A stretch of DNA of 64,000 nt from Vicinamibacterales bacterium (lineage in GTDB: Bacteria; Acidobacteriota; Vicinamibacteria; Vicinamibacterales; UBA8438). The translations under genes and the position numbers were made by a program. The notes beneath the pieces are model-generated. The model did no database searches. It was not told the origin of the DNA and saw only the letters and a program-made list of their open reading frames with translations. Below, one piece after another: positions 1 to 8,961 of this stretch; the first letter of the stretch is position 1, and each line of letters begins with the position of its first letter. The stretch covers positions 4,763,359 to 4,827,358 of the forward strand of contig OZ242279.1 in NCBI GenBank assembly GCA_965207265.1, given 5' to 3'.

Positions 1-87
1 AGCAAACGCGGCGGCGGCGCCGAGAAATGGTGCCGATCGCGCATGTCGATCGCGGGAGTATTGGCGCGTGAACTGGAGATGTACGGG

Positions 88-2121
88 ATGAAAGCTGTCA
101 GATCGCTGATCGCGGTGGTCGTGGCGATCGTCTTCCTCGTGGCGCCGGCGGTCGTCTTTGCGGATGGCCGCGTGGCTCTGGTGGTGGGCAACAGCACCTA
201 CGCCCACATCGGACGGTTGCCGAACCCGGACAACGACGCCCGGGACATCTCGGCGGCGCTGCGGCGGCTCGGGTTCGAGGTGACGACTGAGCTCGACGCC
301 GACCGGGTGGAACTGACCGAGGCGCTGCGCGCGTTCACGCGGCAGAGCGCCGGGGCGGACGTCTCGCTGGTCTTCTACGCGGGTCACGGCATCGAGATGG
401 ACGGCGTCAACTACCTGGTGCCGGTGGACGCGCGCCTGGAGCGCGACGTGGACGTGCGCTTCGAGACGGTGACGGTCGACGACCTGCTGGTATCGACGTC
501 GGGCGCCTCGTTGCGGCTCCTGATCCTGGATGCGTGCCGGAACAATTCGCTGGCGCGCTCGATGCAGCGCACGGCGGCGACCCGCACGGTAAGCGGCGGC
601 AGCTTCGCGGACTTGAACGAGGACCTGCTGGGGGACGAGACGCTGGTGGCGTATGCAGCCGCGGCGGGGACGACGGCGGCGGACGGCCGAGACCGGAACA
701 GCCCGTACACGGCCGCGCTGCTGTCCCACCTGGAGACTCCGCTGGAGATCGGGCTGCTGTTCCGCCGGGTACGGGCGGCGGTGCTGGCGTCGACGAACGG
801 CGCGCAGCGTCCGCACGAGTACCACTCGCTGGTGGGCGAGCACTACCTGACGCGGACGCTGGCCACCGGTGCGTCGGTCACGGTGAGCGCGGTGGTGCCA
901 GCCGACCCGGCGCCGGCGGACCCTCCGCGGGCCGACCCTCCGGAGCCGGACATCACGGCACTGCACATCGTGGCGTTGCGCGAGCGGGCCGAGGCGGGCA
1001 ATGCCGCGGCGCAGCACGAGATGGCTGAGCGGTATGCGAACGGCCGGGGCGTCGGCCGGGACTTCGGCGTCGCCATGTCGTGGTACGTGCGGGCGGCCGA
1101 ACGGGGACATGTGCCGGCACAACTGGAGGCCGGCCGGAGGTACGCCGCCGGGCGAGGCGTTGAGCGCAACGACGCGACCGCCGCGTCGTGGTTCCGGAGA
1201 GCCGCCGAGCAGGGCGATCCGCGTGCACAGCTCAACCTGGGCGTGATGTACCGCGATGGCCGCGGGGTCGCGCAGGACTACACCGCGGCGCTATCATGGT
1301 TCCGGCGGCTCGCCGATTCGGGGGACGCCGACGGAGAGGAAGCGCTCGGGGATCTGTACGAGGCCGGGCGCGGCCTCGTACAGGACGACGTTGCCGCGCT
1401 GTCGTGGTACCGCCGTGCGGCCGAGCGGGGCAGCGCATCGGCGCAGAACCGACTCGGCGTGATGTACCGCGATGGCGTTGGCGTGGCGCGGGACGACGAA
1501 GCCGCGACCGCGTGGTTTCGCATGGCGGCGGAGCAGGGCTACGCGCCAGCGCAGACTGAACTCGGCGAAAGCTACGAAGACGGACGCGGCGTAGGACGGG
1601 ACTACGGGGCTGCCGTGTCGTGGTACCGCCGGGCTGCGGAACAAGGGCATGCTCCCGGGCAGGTTGCCCTTGGCTACATGTATAAGAATGGTCGCGGAGT
1701 GGAGGAAGACGACGCGGAAGGTTTCCGATGGTACCGTCGTGCGGCCGAGCAGGGGGACGCCCGCGGGCAGAACATCCTTGGCGGTGAGTACTACTTCGGC
1801 TTGACGGTGGGGCGGGACCACGCGGAAGCGGTCCGTTGGTACCGCCGTGCGGCCGAGCAAGGTCTCGCCGTTGCACAGGGCAACCTCGGCAATATGTACA
1901 GGGACGGTGAGGGCGTGAGGCGGGACCACGTGGAGGCGGTGCGCTGGTACCGCCGCGCGGCCGAACAGGGGCAGGCCGGGGCACAATACGGCCTCGGTCG
2001 GATGTATGAGAACGGTCGCGGCGTGCGACGGGATCGCGTAGAAGCCGTTCGCTGGTATCGTCTCGCCGCCGCGCAAGGAGATTGGAGGGCGCAGGAGAGA
2101 CTGGACCGCCTTCAGAGGTGA
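88..2121 (+). CDS. secreted caspase-like peptidase (C14 family) fused to about 10-11 Sel1-type repeats
   Basis: ORF 43..2121. Start 88 preferred (GGAG about 9 nt upstream; aligns with paralog N-termini MRSVRSFVV / MRAVRPLVV). Hydrophobic signal-like N-terminus ending VVFADG. Caspase His and Cys motifs SLVFYAGHGIEMDG and LLILDACRNN. Pro-rich linker, then ~36-aa repeats of form A..WYRRAAEQG.A.AQ..LG.MY..GRGV. Confidence 0.85.
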   Translation: MKAVRSLIAVVVAIVFLVAPAVVFADGRVALVVGNSTYAHIGRLPNPDNDARDISAALRRLGFEVTTELDADRVELTEALRAFTRQSAGADVSLVFYAGHGIEMDGVNYLVPVDARLERDVDVRFETVTVDDLLVSTSGASLRLLILDACRNNSLARSMQRTAATRTVSGGSFADLNEDLLGDETLVAYAAAAGTTAADGRDRNSPYTAALLSHLETPLEIGLLFRRVRAAVLASTNGAQRPHEYHSLVGEHYLTRTLATGASVTVSAVVPADPAPADPPRADPPEPDITALHIVALRERAEAGNAAAQHEMAERYANGRGVGRDFGVAMSWYVRAAERGHVPAQLEAGRRYAAGRGVERNDATAASWFRRAAEQGDPRAQLNLGVMYRDGRGVAQDYTAALSWFRRLADSGDADGEEALGDLYEAGRGLVQDDVAALSWYRRAAERGSASAQNRLGVMYRDGVGVARDDEAATAWFRMAAEQGYAPAQTELGESYEDGRGVGRDYGAAVSWYRRAAEQGHAPGQVALGYMYKNGRGVEEDDAEGFRWYRRAAEQGDARGQNILGGEYYFGLTVGRDHAEAVRWYRRAAEQGLAVAQGNLGNMYRDGEGVRRDHVEAVRWYRRAAEQGQAGAQYGLGRMYENGRGVRRDRVEAVRWYRLAAAQGDWRAQERLDRLQR

Positions 2122-2251
2122 ACCGAGAGGAGAATCATCGGGCGGAGGTGAATTGAGATATGGCGACGTTGATTGGGACCGAGTCCCGAGGCACGGCAGC
2201 CGCGCGGCGGGCGCGCTGGCGCTCCGTTCCGCACGCCGAGGTGCCCGCGGC

Positions 2252-2314
2252 GGGTCAGATAGCCGGGCTTCGGTTAACCCCGAGCACCGCCGGTCATAAA
2301 GACGCTGTAGGAAG
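2252..2314 (+). promoter_or_regulatory. conserved intergenic block upstream of the second gene of a tandem caspase-Sel1 pair (possible promoter plus RBS)
   Basis: Near-identical block at 55857..55919: GGGTCRGATA, N10-12, TTAAC, then GCACCGCCGGTCAT(A/G)AAGACGCTGTAGGAAG directly before ATG. AGGAAG is a plausible Shine-Dalgarno. The -35/-10 reading (TTAACC / CATAAA) is speculative. Confidence 0.25.
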
Positions 2315-3817
2315 ATGAGCGTAATGCGAGCCGTGAGGCCACTGGTTGTCGCCGCCCTGGTGCTGGTCGTCCTCGCGACGCCGACTGTCGTTCTGGCGGA
2401 CGGCCGAGTGGCGCTGGTGGTCGGCAACAGCACGTACGTCCACATCGGCCGGTTGCCGAACCCGGACAACGACGCGCGGGACATGTCGGCGGCGCTGCGG
2501 CGGCTCAGCTTCGAGGTGACGACCGAGCTCGACGCCGACCGGGTGGAGCTGACCGAGGCGCTGCGCGCGTTCACGCGCCGGAGCGCGGGCGCGGACGTGT
2601 CGCTGGTTTTCTACGCCGGCCACGGCATCGAGATGGACGGCGTCAACTACCTCGTCCCAGTCGACGCGCGCCTGGAGCGCGACGTGGACGTGCGGTTCGA
2701 GACGGTCACGGTCGACGACCTGCTGGTATCGACGACAGGCGCCTCGTTGCGGCTCCTGATCCTGGATGCGTGCCGGAACAATCCGCTGGCTCGCTCGATG
2801 CAGCGTACCGCGGCGATCCGTAGCGTCAGCGGCGGCAGCTTCGCGGACTTGAACGAGGACCTGCTGGGGGACGAGACGCTGGTGGCGTATGCGGCGGCGG
2901 CGGGAACGACCGCGGCCGACGGGCGTGGCCGAAACAGCCCGTACACGGCGGCTCTGCTGTCGCATCTGGAGACGCCGCTGGAGATCGGGCTGTTGTTCCG
3001 TCGGGTACGGGCGCTGGTACTGTCGACGACCAACGGTGCGCAGCGTCCGCACGAGTACCACTCGCTGGTGGGCGAGCACTACCTGACGCGAACGCTGGCC
3101 ACGGGCGCATCGGTCACCGTGAGCACCGCGGTCCCAGCCGAGCCCGCGCCGGCGGCCGACCCTCCACAACCCGATCTGCCGGAGATTGACATCCCGGAGC
3201 TTCACCTCTCTGCTCTCCGCCAGCTGGCCGAGGCGGGAGCCGCTGAGGCACAGACCGAGCTTGGTGAGCGGTACGAAGACGGCCGCGGCGTGGTGGAGGA
3301 CTACGCCGTTGCGGTGTCCTGGTTCCGGAGAGCGGCTGAACAAGGCTATGCACCCGGGCAGGCCGCCCTTGGCTACATGTACGACACCGGCCGAGGCGTC
3401 GTACAGCACGACGAAGCCGCCTTCCGGTTGTACCGTTCTTCCGCTGCACAGGGAAACGCCCGTGGCCAGCATAACCTCGGCGTGATGTACCGGGCCGGTC
3501 GCGGGGTGGAGCGAAACGACAGGGAAGCGGTTCGCTGGTTTCGCCGCTCGGTCGACCAGGGCAGCCTGGTAGGGCAAAGCAGCCTCGGCGGGATGTACCT
3601 GGCCGGTCGCGGGGTGGAGCGAAACGACAGGGAAGCGGTCCGCTGGTTTCGCCGCTCGGCCGACCAGGGTGATCCCTACGGACAGGCCAATCTCGGCTGG
3701 ATGTACGAGAACGGTCGGAGCGTGCAGCGGGACCGCGTGGAAGCGGTCCGATGGTATCGTCGTGCGGCGGAGCAGGGCCATTCGTGGGCGCGGGAGCAAC
3801 TCGATCGTCTTCGGTGA
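2315..3817 (+). CDS. secreted caspase-like peptidase (C14) fused to about 6 Sel1-type repeats
   Basis: 500-aa ORF with AGGAAG RBS. N-terminus MSVMRAVRPLVVAALVLVVLATPTVVLADG. FYAGHG and ILDACRNN motifs. Sel1 repeats to the C-terminus, ending EQLDRLR as in the paralogs. Confidence 0.9.
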   Translation: MSVMRAVRPLVVAALVLVVLATPTVVLADGRVALVVGNSTYVHIGRLPNPDNDARDMSAALRRLSFEVTTELDADRVELTEALRAFTRRSAGADVSLVFYAGHGIEMDGVNYLVPVDARLERDVDVRFETVTVDDLLVSTTGASLRLLILDACRNNPLARSMQRTAAIRSVSGGSFADLNEDLLGDETLVAYAAAAGTTAADGRGRNSPYTAALLSHLETPLEIGLLFRRVRALVLSTTNGAQRPHEYHSLVGEHYLTRTLATGASVTVSTAVPAEPAPAADPPQPDLPEIDIPELHLSALRQLAEAGAAEAQTELGERYEDGRGVVEDYAVAVSWFRRAAEQGYAPGQAALGYMYDTGRGVVQHDEAAFRLYRSSAAQGNARGQHNLGVMYRAGRGVERNDREAVRWFRRSVDQGSLVGQSSLGGMYLAGRGVERNDREAVRWFRRSADQGDPYGQANLGWMYENGRSVQRDRVEAVRWYRRAAEQGHSWAREQLDRLR

Positions 3818-3950
3818 ACGCAATGGTGCATAGCACAACGGATGCGAGGCGTGAAGCATGCCGGAGCCTGGAACGCCCGGGCATGGATCTGAACCGCGGG
3901 GTGGGTCAGATAAGCGTGCCTTACATTAACTTTCTGGGGGAGGGGAGAAG

Positions 3951-4892
3951 GTGCCTCTAATCCAAGCGCTCGCTGAATCACTGGTGTCCGTAGCGTTGCG
4001 GTGTGCCGCTGCCCTAATGAGCCTATTGTTGCTCTTTAGGGTATGGATTAGAAATATCCGGAGTGAATTCACAGGCCCCTATGCCTACCGGCGGTGGAGT
4101 GCTTTGTTCGTAGCAGTCGTCAGTACATACTTTGCGCTGTACACGGTAGCGGCGGCGCGGCATGATCGCCTGCTTAACCAAGCGACGTCTGACCGCAATA
4201 CATTTATTGCGATGGTGTCGTCAAACCGAAGTAGCTTTATTACAGCGATGAAGAGATTCGGACCGGTCCAAACTGCACCGATCGCACGTGCCCCGTCACT
4301 AATGGAACCTTGGCGTTGGTTGGAAACTAGCCGTCCCAACATGGTCCAACTTTACCACTGGGCGCTCAATAGCTTGTCGCGCTGCAAGCCGAAGGAATGT
4401 GGGACAATCTATGAAGATGGTAGCAGCTACAGGATCGATTTGAGCAGCGCTAACCTCGAAAGAGCAAAACTGAAAGGTACAAGTCTTTACCAGAGCGACT
4501 TTCGGGGATCCAATTTAATGCATGCCGATCTTCGGGACGCCAAGTTGATGGGTTCCAATTTAATCGATGCCGACTTACGCGGCGCGGATTTGAGAGGTGC
4601 ATATCTCTGGTTGGCAGATTTGAGTGATTCTGATTTGCGCGGAAGCGATCTACGCGGAGCTGACGTGCATAACGCTATTTTTGGGGTGCCCGAGCGCACT
4701 ATTTCTGTAGGCGAAGTGAACATTACGCGAGAGCGACACGGAGGACGTTTGCAGGGTGCCGATCTGCGGGAGCTGAAGAGCTGGACGCGCGAGCAACTCA
4801 CGGCGGCCTTTTGGGACGAAACCACAGTCTGGCCATCTGACTACACCCCGCCGTGTCCTCGCAATCTTCCGGACCGCTCGTGCCAAGGTTGA
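3951..4892 (+). CDS. membrane-anchored pentapeptide-repeat protein
   Basis: 313-aa ORF, GTG start preceded by GGAGG. Two hydrophobic N-terminal segments. C-terminal run of A(D/N)LxG-type pentapeptides (ANLERAKLKGTSLYQSDFRGSNLMHADLRDAKLMGSNLIDADLRGADLRGAYLWLADLSDSDLRGSDLRGADV). Clearly lower GC than the flanks. Confidence 0.8.
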   Translation: MPLIQALAESLVSVALRCAAALMSLLLLFRVWIRNIRSEFTGPYAYRRWSALFVAVVSTYFALYTVAAARHDRLLNQATSDRNTFIAMVSSNRSSFITAMKRFGPVQTAPIARAPSLMEPWRWLETSRPNMVQLYHWALNSLSRCKPKECGTIYEDGSSYRIDLSSANLERAKLKGTSLYQSDFRGSNLMHADLRDAKLMGSNLIDADLRGADLRGAYLWLADLSDSDLRGSDLRGADVHNAIFGVPERTISVGEVNITRERHGGRLQGADLRELKSWTREQLTAAFWDETTVWPSDYTPPCPRNLPDRSCQG

Positions 4893-4989
4893 GATGATTG
4901 AGATGAAGGGGTCGCTTCGTTCAGCGCGAAAGAAGCTGCCGAAGGCTTGGCCGTGCCAAGGTTGAGATAATTGAGATGAAGGGGTCGCT
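4879..4989. repeat. 38-bp direct repeat, two copies with 73-bp period, overlapping the pentapeptide gene stop
   Basis: CGTGCCAAGGTTGAGAT(G/A)ATTGAGATGAAGGGGTCGCT at 4879..4916 and 4952..4989. Confidence 0.75.
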
Positions 4990-5565
4990 GGGGTCGTCGC
5001 AGGTGGGGACTGGTGGCTACTGACTGTGCCCGCGTGAATCCCGCTTTATGGCCACGGCCCGTTCGACGACGGCCGCGTCGTATCGGACGGGGCAGAACTG
5101 GTGCGCTACGTGGGAGCGGATGACGGGCGACGCATGAAAGGTCTCCAGACCGCGCGCGGAACGAATCGAGGGGTCACTTCACAATGGTCGAGACGCAGTT
5201 TGCTCACGAAGAGGTCAAGGGGGCGAGGATCTGTACGCCGAGATTGCCGCGGTGGAAGCCCGACTCGCTTGGCGTTTCATCACTGCTGGCGTCGCCGTCG
5301 CGGAGACCGCCGTCGCCGCAATCGTACCGTTGACCGTGGTTGCCCTTCGCGTGCTGAGCTAATCGAGGCCGGATCCAGCTCCGGCGAGGCGCGACGCAGC
5401 AACGGGCGGCCGAGCCGATGATGGAGGTCAATCCGGTGCCGCTCGCCGGCGCGGGGTTTGGAGCTTCTCGACGCCGCGCGGACGCACGACTGCCTACGGC
5501 GCTGAGATGCAGGTAGTCGGTCGCACGGTTCATCGGGCACATCGGGCACTGAGGGAGGAGACGCC

Positions 5566-5898
5566 GTGAAAGGATACCTAGTCGTGGGCGTGTTGTTGGC
5601 CTTCGCATCCGCGAACGCATGGGCGCAGGACGGGGAACAGGCGTCGGCGGGAACCAGCGATAGCCCGACTCAGGGAGAGCGGATTCAGCAACTCGGCGAG
5701 GACTATCAGCGGGTCGGTGAGCGGATGATCGAGGTGGGAAAGCGGCTTCGCGAGCTTGAGGAGCTTATAGCCCAGACCCAGTCTTGGGCGGAGAATCTGG
5801 AGAAGTTGACGGGCGACGCGAACCTAGCTGGGGTGGAGATGAATCTCGTGGATCTCCTGGAGCTTCTGGCGCCTCTTGCGCAGCCCCAGGAGCCATAG
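5566..5898 (+). CDS. small secreted coiled-coil protein (hypothetical)
   Basis: 110-aa ORF, GTG start 5 nt after GGGAGGAG. Signal-like MKGYLVVGVLLAFASANAWAQ. Charged helical remainder. Confidence 0.55.
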   Translation: MKGYLVVGVLLAFASANAWAQDGEQASAGTSDSPTQGERIQQLGEDYQRVGERMIEVGKRLRELEELIAQTQSWAENLEKLTGDANLAGVEMNLVDLLELLAPLAQPQEP

Positions 5899-6531
5899 AA
5901 CCCTTCGGGTCTTCGACCGGGTCCGGTTCTCTCGGGGCAGTTCGCCTGACGCGGATCGACACCCGCCCGAATGGTGGAGTGGCCACCGACCCCAGTAGAC
6001 TGGTGCAACAGAGGGTACCGACCAGATCCGTGTTGAGTCGAGGGGAGGCGCGTAACCGGTAGGGGATCGGTGGCCCGTCCGGTGCTTTCGCAGCCGGGCC
6101 GCAGGCCGATTCCCGTGGGCACGTTTCCTCCCCCCCGCTCACCGAACCCGGCGTGTCGATTTCCGGCACAGGGCTCTCCAGTGGAATCATGCGGCTCGCA
6201 CAAGGGTTCCCGGTCGCGGCGAACGCGTGGGTCTTGCGGGCCGTGGCAGCCGACGCGCACCCTTGCGCCAGCCGTCCGGTGCGTCGTCAGGCCTGTTGAC
6301 GCCCTGACGACGGCGACCGCTCGGGTCGTCCCCTTCGCTTGTGCATGTGATGACGTCCGGCATTCGTGCTCGTTGTGCGGGGTACTAGAATCCTTGACCG
6401 GCCGGCATCTTTACAGATGAGTCAAGTTCAGGTTTTGATCGCTCTATCTTCTCCCGGTTCCAATTCTCAGCGTGCCGGTGCGGAGCAAACTCAACCTACA
6501 TGCTTGTGGATCTGAGGCGGAGCCTCCCTAG

Positions 6532-6912
6532 CTAAAGGCCACCCTTCGTCAGCGCTTCCAATCCGGCCTTCGTCAGTGCCTCCAGGATCGTCTTCATCGC
6601 CTGTAGGGTCATCGGGCCGCCATTGTTCACGACGATGTCCTTCGCCCGCTCCCAACGTGTGTCGTTCCGGGCGTGCTCGAGGAAGTCGTGGCCCTGGTAC
6701 GTGAGGCACCTTGGTGCGAAGAGGTCTACCGAGTCTCCGGCCCCGGTTACGTCATTTCCCTGTATCAGCCCGGCGTTGTAGAGCAGCCATGCGTGGTGGC
6801 CAACCTCGCCCGTCGAGTACCCCTCAATCACAACAAGGTCAGGTGCGGTCGTGGTCGGCCACTGTTCCACCTCGATCAGAATCTTCCGACAGAGATCCAT
6901 GTCACGCTTCAT
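6532..6912 (-). CDS. DUF2513-like hypothetical protein
   Basis: 126-aa ORF. The N-terminus MKRDMDLCRKILIEVEQ resembles DUF2513-family proteins as I recall them. Moderate GC3. Confidence 0.5.
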   Translation of the reverse strand: MKRDMDLCRKILIEVEQWPTTTAPDLVVIEGYSTGEVGHHAWLLYNAGLIQGNDVTGAGDSVDLFAPRCLTYQGHDFLEHARNDTRWERAKDIVVNNGGPMTLQAMKTILEALTKAGLEALTKGGL

Positions 6913-7585
6913 CCGATGATTCTAGCCGGACCGCCGCGCTGCCTGCCGTTCTGCATCCGCCAGCAGACACCGTCGGCACTTCCGCCGGTCCCGGAGCGGG
7001 TGCTAACGGTTCGCTTCGGTCACACCAGCCCCAGTATCGATCCTAGCCTCCTAGCCGAATGGGACGTCGACCTCGAGGACGAAAGAGGGCGGCATCGGGG
7101 AGGTGCTCTGAGGGCGAAGGCGCGAGAACGGGCCGACCACCAGCGGATCGCCGAGCGGATCATCAAGGCGCTGAAGGAAGGGACCGCGTCTTCAACGAGG
7201 GCGGTGAGTCCGATGTGAGGTGGCCCACGCTCGACGCCTCTGCGGCTTCGCGAGTCGCAGACGACCCTGGACGCACCAGTCGAACGAATTGCCAGCCGCG
7301 GCTTGAGCAGCCATCCCGGGTCTGCGAGCGACCCTGCCAGGTAGGCGACGATCTGGTGCAGTGACGGACCATGAGTCGGATCATGTCGGGCAAGTCGTCA
7401 GCCAGACGCTGTCGACAGGGAGGCAACGCCCGCCAGGCGGCTCGACGGTGGCGTCGGTCGCGGCCGTTCACGATGTTGCCGCGCGGTGCTGGATCTTGCG
7501 GGCTTGAGCGGGCGATTTGCCTACATAGTGCCGACACAGCCGCAATTGCCTGTCCCGCTAAACCGCTGTAAGTTATTGAGTCTAT

Positions 7586-7668
7586 TGGAGCCGGCGAGCG
7601 GACTAGAACCGCTGACCTGCTGATTACGAAATCAACTGGAACGGCGTGTCGAGACCAGCTATCCCGGC
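7586..7668 (-). tRNA. tRNA-Thr(CGU)-like sequence; only the 3' half (7586..7636) is canonical, so probably a partial tRNA or att-type remnant
   Basis: Minus strand: anticodon stem TTGAT/ATCAG, loop TTCGTAA (anticodon CGT), variable CAGGTC, T-arm AGCGG-TTCTAGT-CCGCT, acceptor 3' strand CGCCGGC, discriminator T, CCA. The upstream 32 nt lack a normal D-arm (15-nt loop, no GG), and only 5 of 7 acceptor pairs form. Confidence 0.35.
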
Positions 7669-7999
7669 TCGAACCTCGGCGAAGGCGCCTTGAACTGGTC
7701 GACAGCACGACGTGTCCGATCAGGACTTGGCTCGCGGCGGGTCCGACGATGGCGTCGGTGTAGGTGTCGATGTCGCCGATTTCGATCCTGACGTTGGCGA
7801 CGGGCCGTGGCTCCCGCCGGCCGTCGGCGTAGACGACGGTTCTCGTCCCCTGGTGGCGGAGCCTCAGCTCGGTAGCGACCGCCTCGGGGATTACGAGGTT
7901 CACCGCGTCGGTGTCGACGAAGCCCTCGAGGGTCGTTTACCGGCTCGGGTCCTCGATGTTCTCCAGCGTCACGGTGGCGTGGATCTCTCGCATCGTCAT
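7659..7999 (-). pseudogene. retropepsin-like (clan AA) aspartic protease pseudogene
   Basis: Homologous to 8962..9372: MTMREIHATVTLENIEDPSR, then an in-frame TAA (7937..7939), then TTLEGFVDTDAVNLVIPEAVATELRLRHQGTRTVVYADGRRE...IVGPAASQVLIG. The active-site DTG reads DTD. The C-terminal part needs a frame change to match the paralog. Confidence 0.55.
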
Positions 8000-8058
8000 C
8001 GTCCTTTGGATTTGGCGCACCTGGACCTGACCTGTCACGGGGGGGCTACGGTGGAGCG

Positions 8059-8625
8059 GTGACAGACGTGGAGCGCCTGGCCTACCACCGGGCGGTTCGC
8101 ACGTTTGCTCCGCAGGTGAGCATCGCCCCGGTCCACAAGACGTTGAAGAAGCGCCGCAGGTTCGACGCCGCGGCCCGTGCGCTCGCCGACGGCGCCCCGA
8201 GGTGCAGCTTGGCGCCCGTCGTCGACGGCTACATGCGGTGCCTGTCGGCCAACTGCGCAGAGTGGCGCGCCGCGAATCCGGCGCCGAAGCCAGACGGCCG
8301 CGAGCACGGCTACTTGCGCACCGCACTTCTCGAGCTCGCCAGGGAGTTGCGGCAGGCGTCGGCGGCGCGCGGACTGGGCAGTTCTCGGTCTGGTGGGCGG
8401 ACCCCGAAGATGCCGCGCTTCGGTCGTTGGGGCCACAGGGGGGGGCTCTGCGGAACGGATTCGCCCTGGGACCTTCGACGCTTGCTGCAGACCGATCTAC
8501 TCTGGGTGCCGTCCGCCCGTTCGCGCTCAGCCGATCGCAGCCGCAGGGGCGACTTGCTCCACACGGCGGGGGGCGACAGGATCACACGGATGCGCTGGTC
8601 CGAGGTCCCCGGAAGCGAGTCGTGA
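8059..8625 (+). CDS. hypothetical protein (only the first ~100 codons look convincingly coding)
   Basis: GTG-start ORF with very high third-position GC for about 95 codons. Composition degrades after a G8 run near 8440. No recognisable motif. Confidence 0.3.
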   Translation: MTDVERLAYHRAVRTFAPQVSIAPVHKTLKKRRRFDAAARALADGAPRCSLAPVVDGYMRCLSANCAEWRAANPAPKPDGREHGYLRTALLELARELRQASAARGLGSSRSGGRTPKMPRFGRWGHRGGLCGTDSPWDLRRLLQTDLLWVPSARSRSADRSRRGDLLHTAGGDRITRMRWSEVPGSES

Positions 8626-8961
8626 TCTTCCGGCGCCGGCGAATGCCGGCGCGAGCGGGAGTCGGAGTACGTAATCGGGGCCGTCCTGCCGCGGTGATCG
8701 AATCGGAAGGAAGCGTCCCGGCTGCGCGGCGTCCGGCGGCTGTCAGAAACGGCAATAGACCCGACTGGAAAGGGCCGCGATGACCGAAACGGCAGGTAGA
8801 GTCGGTCGAGAATGAATCCGACCAGCGGTTGAACAGAGCCGACCAGCGGACAGGAAGGCGGAAATAACGCCGACTGCCAACAGACACGAGATCGATACGA
8901 GGGCAACGAAAACGGGGTGGACCCGGAGGTCCTCGTGCGTCAGAATCGGAGGACCGTGACG

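Noticed and set aside
1294-3859. Long minus-strand ORFs (1294..2574, 2294..3859), and likewise 37735..38745, 53810..55774 and 56156..57493, overlapping the caspase-Sel1 genes
   Set aside because: They are antisense shadows typical of high-GC DNA. The products are Arg/Pro/Gly/His-rich with no motifs, whereas the plus-strand frames carry clear caspase and Sel1 signatures.
5930-6170. Possible RNase P RNA or tmRNA (GGTGCAACAGAGGG, ACCGAACCCGGCG, GGGGCAGTTCGCC...GGATCGAC resemble conserved pieces)
   Set aside because: The other universally conserved blocks (GGAAAGTCCGG, AGGGTGAAA and GGTAAGAGCGCACC for RNase P; a matching 3' acceptor strand with T-arm and CCA for tmRNA) are absent. The resemblance is limited to short GC-rich strings.
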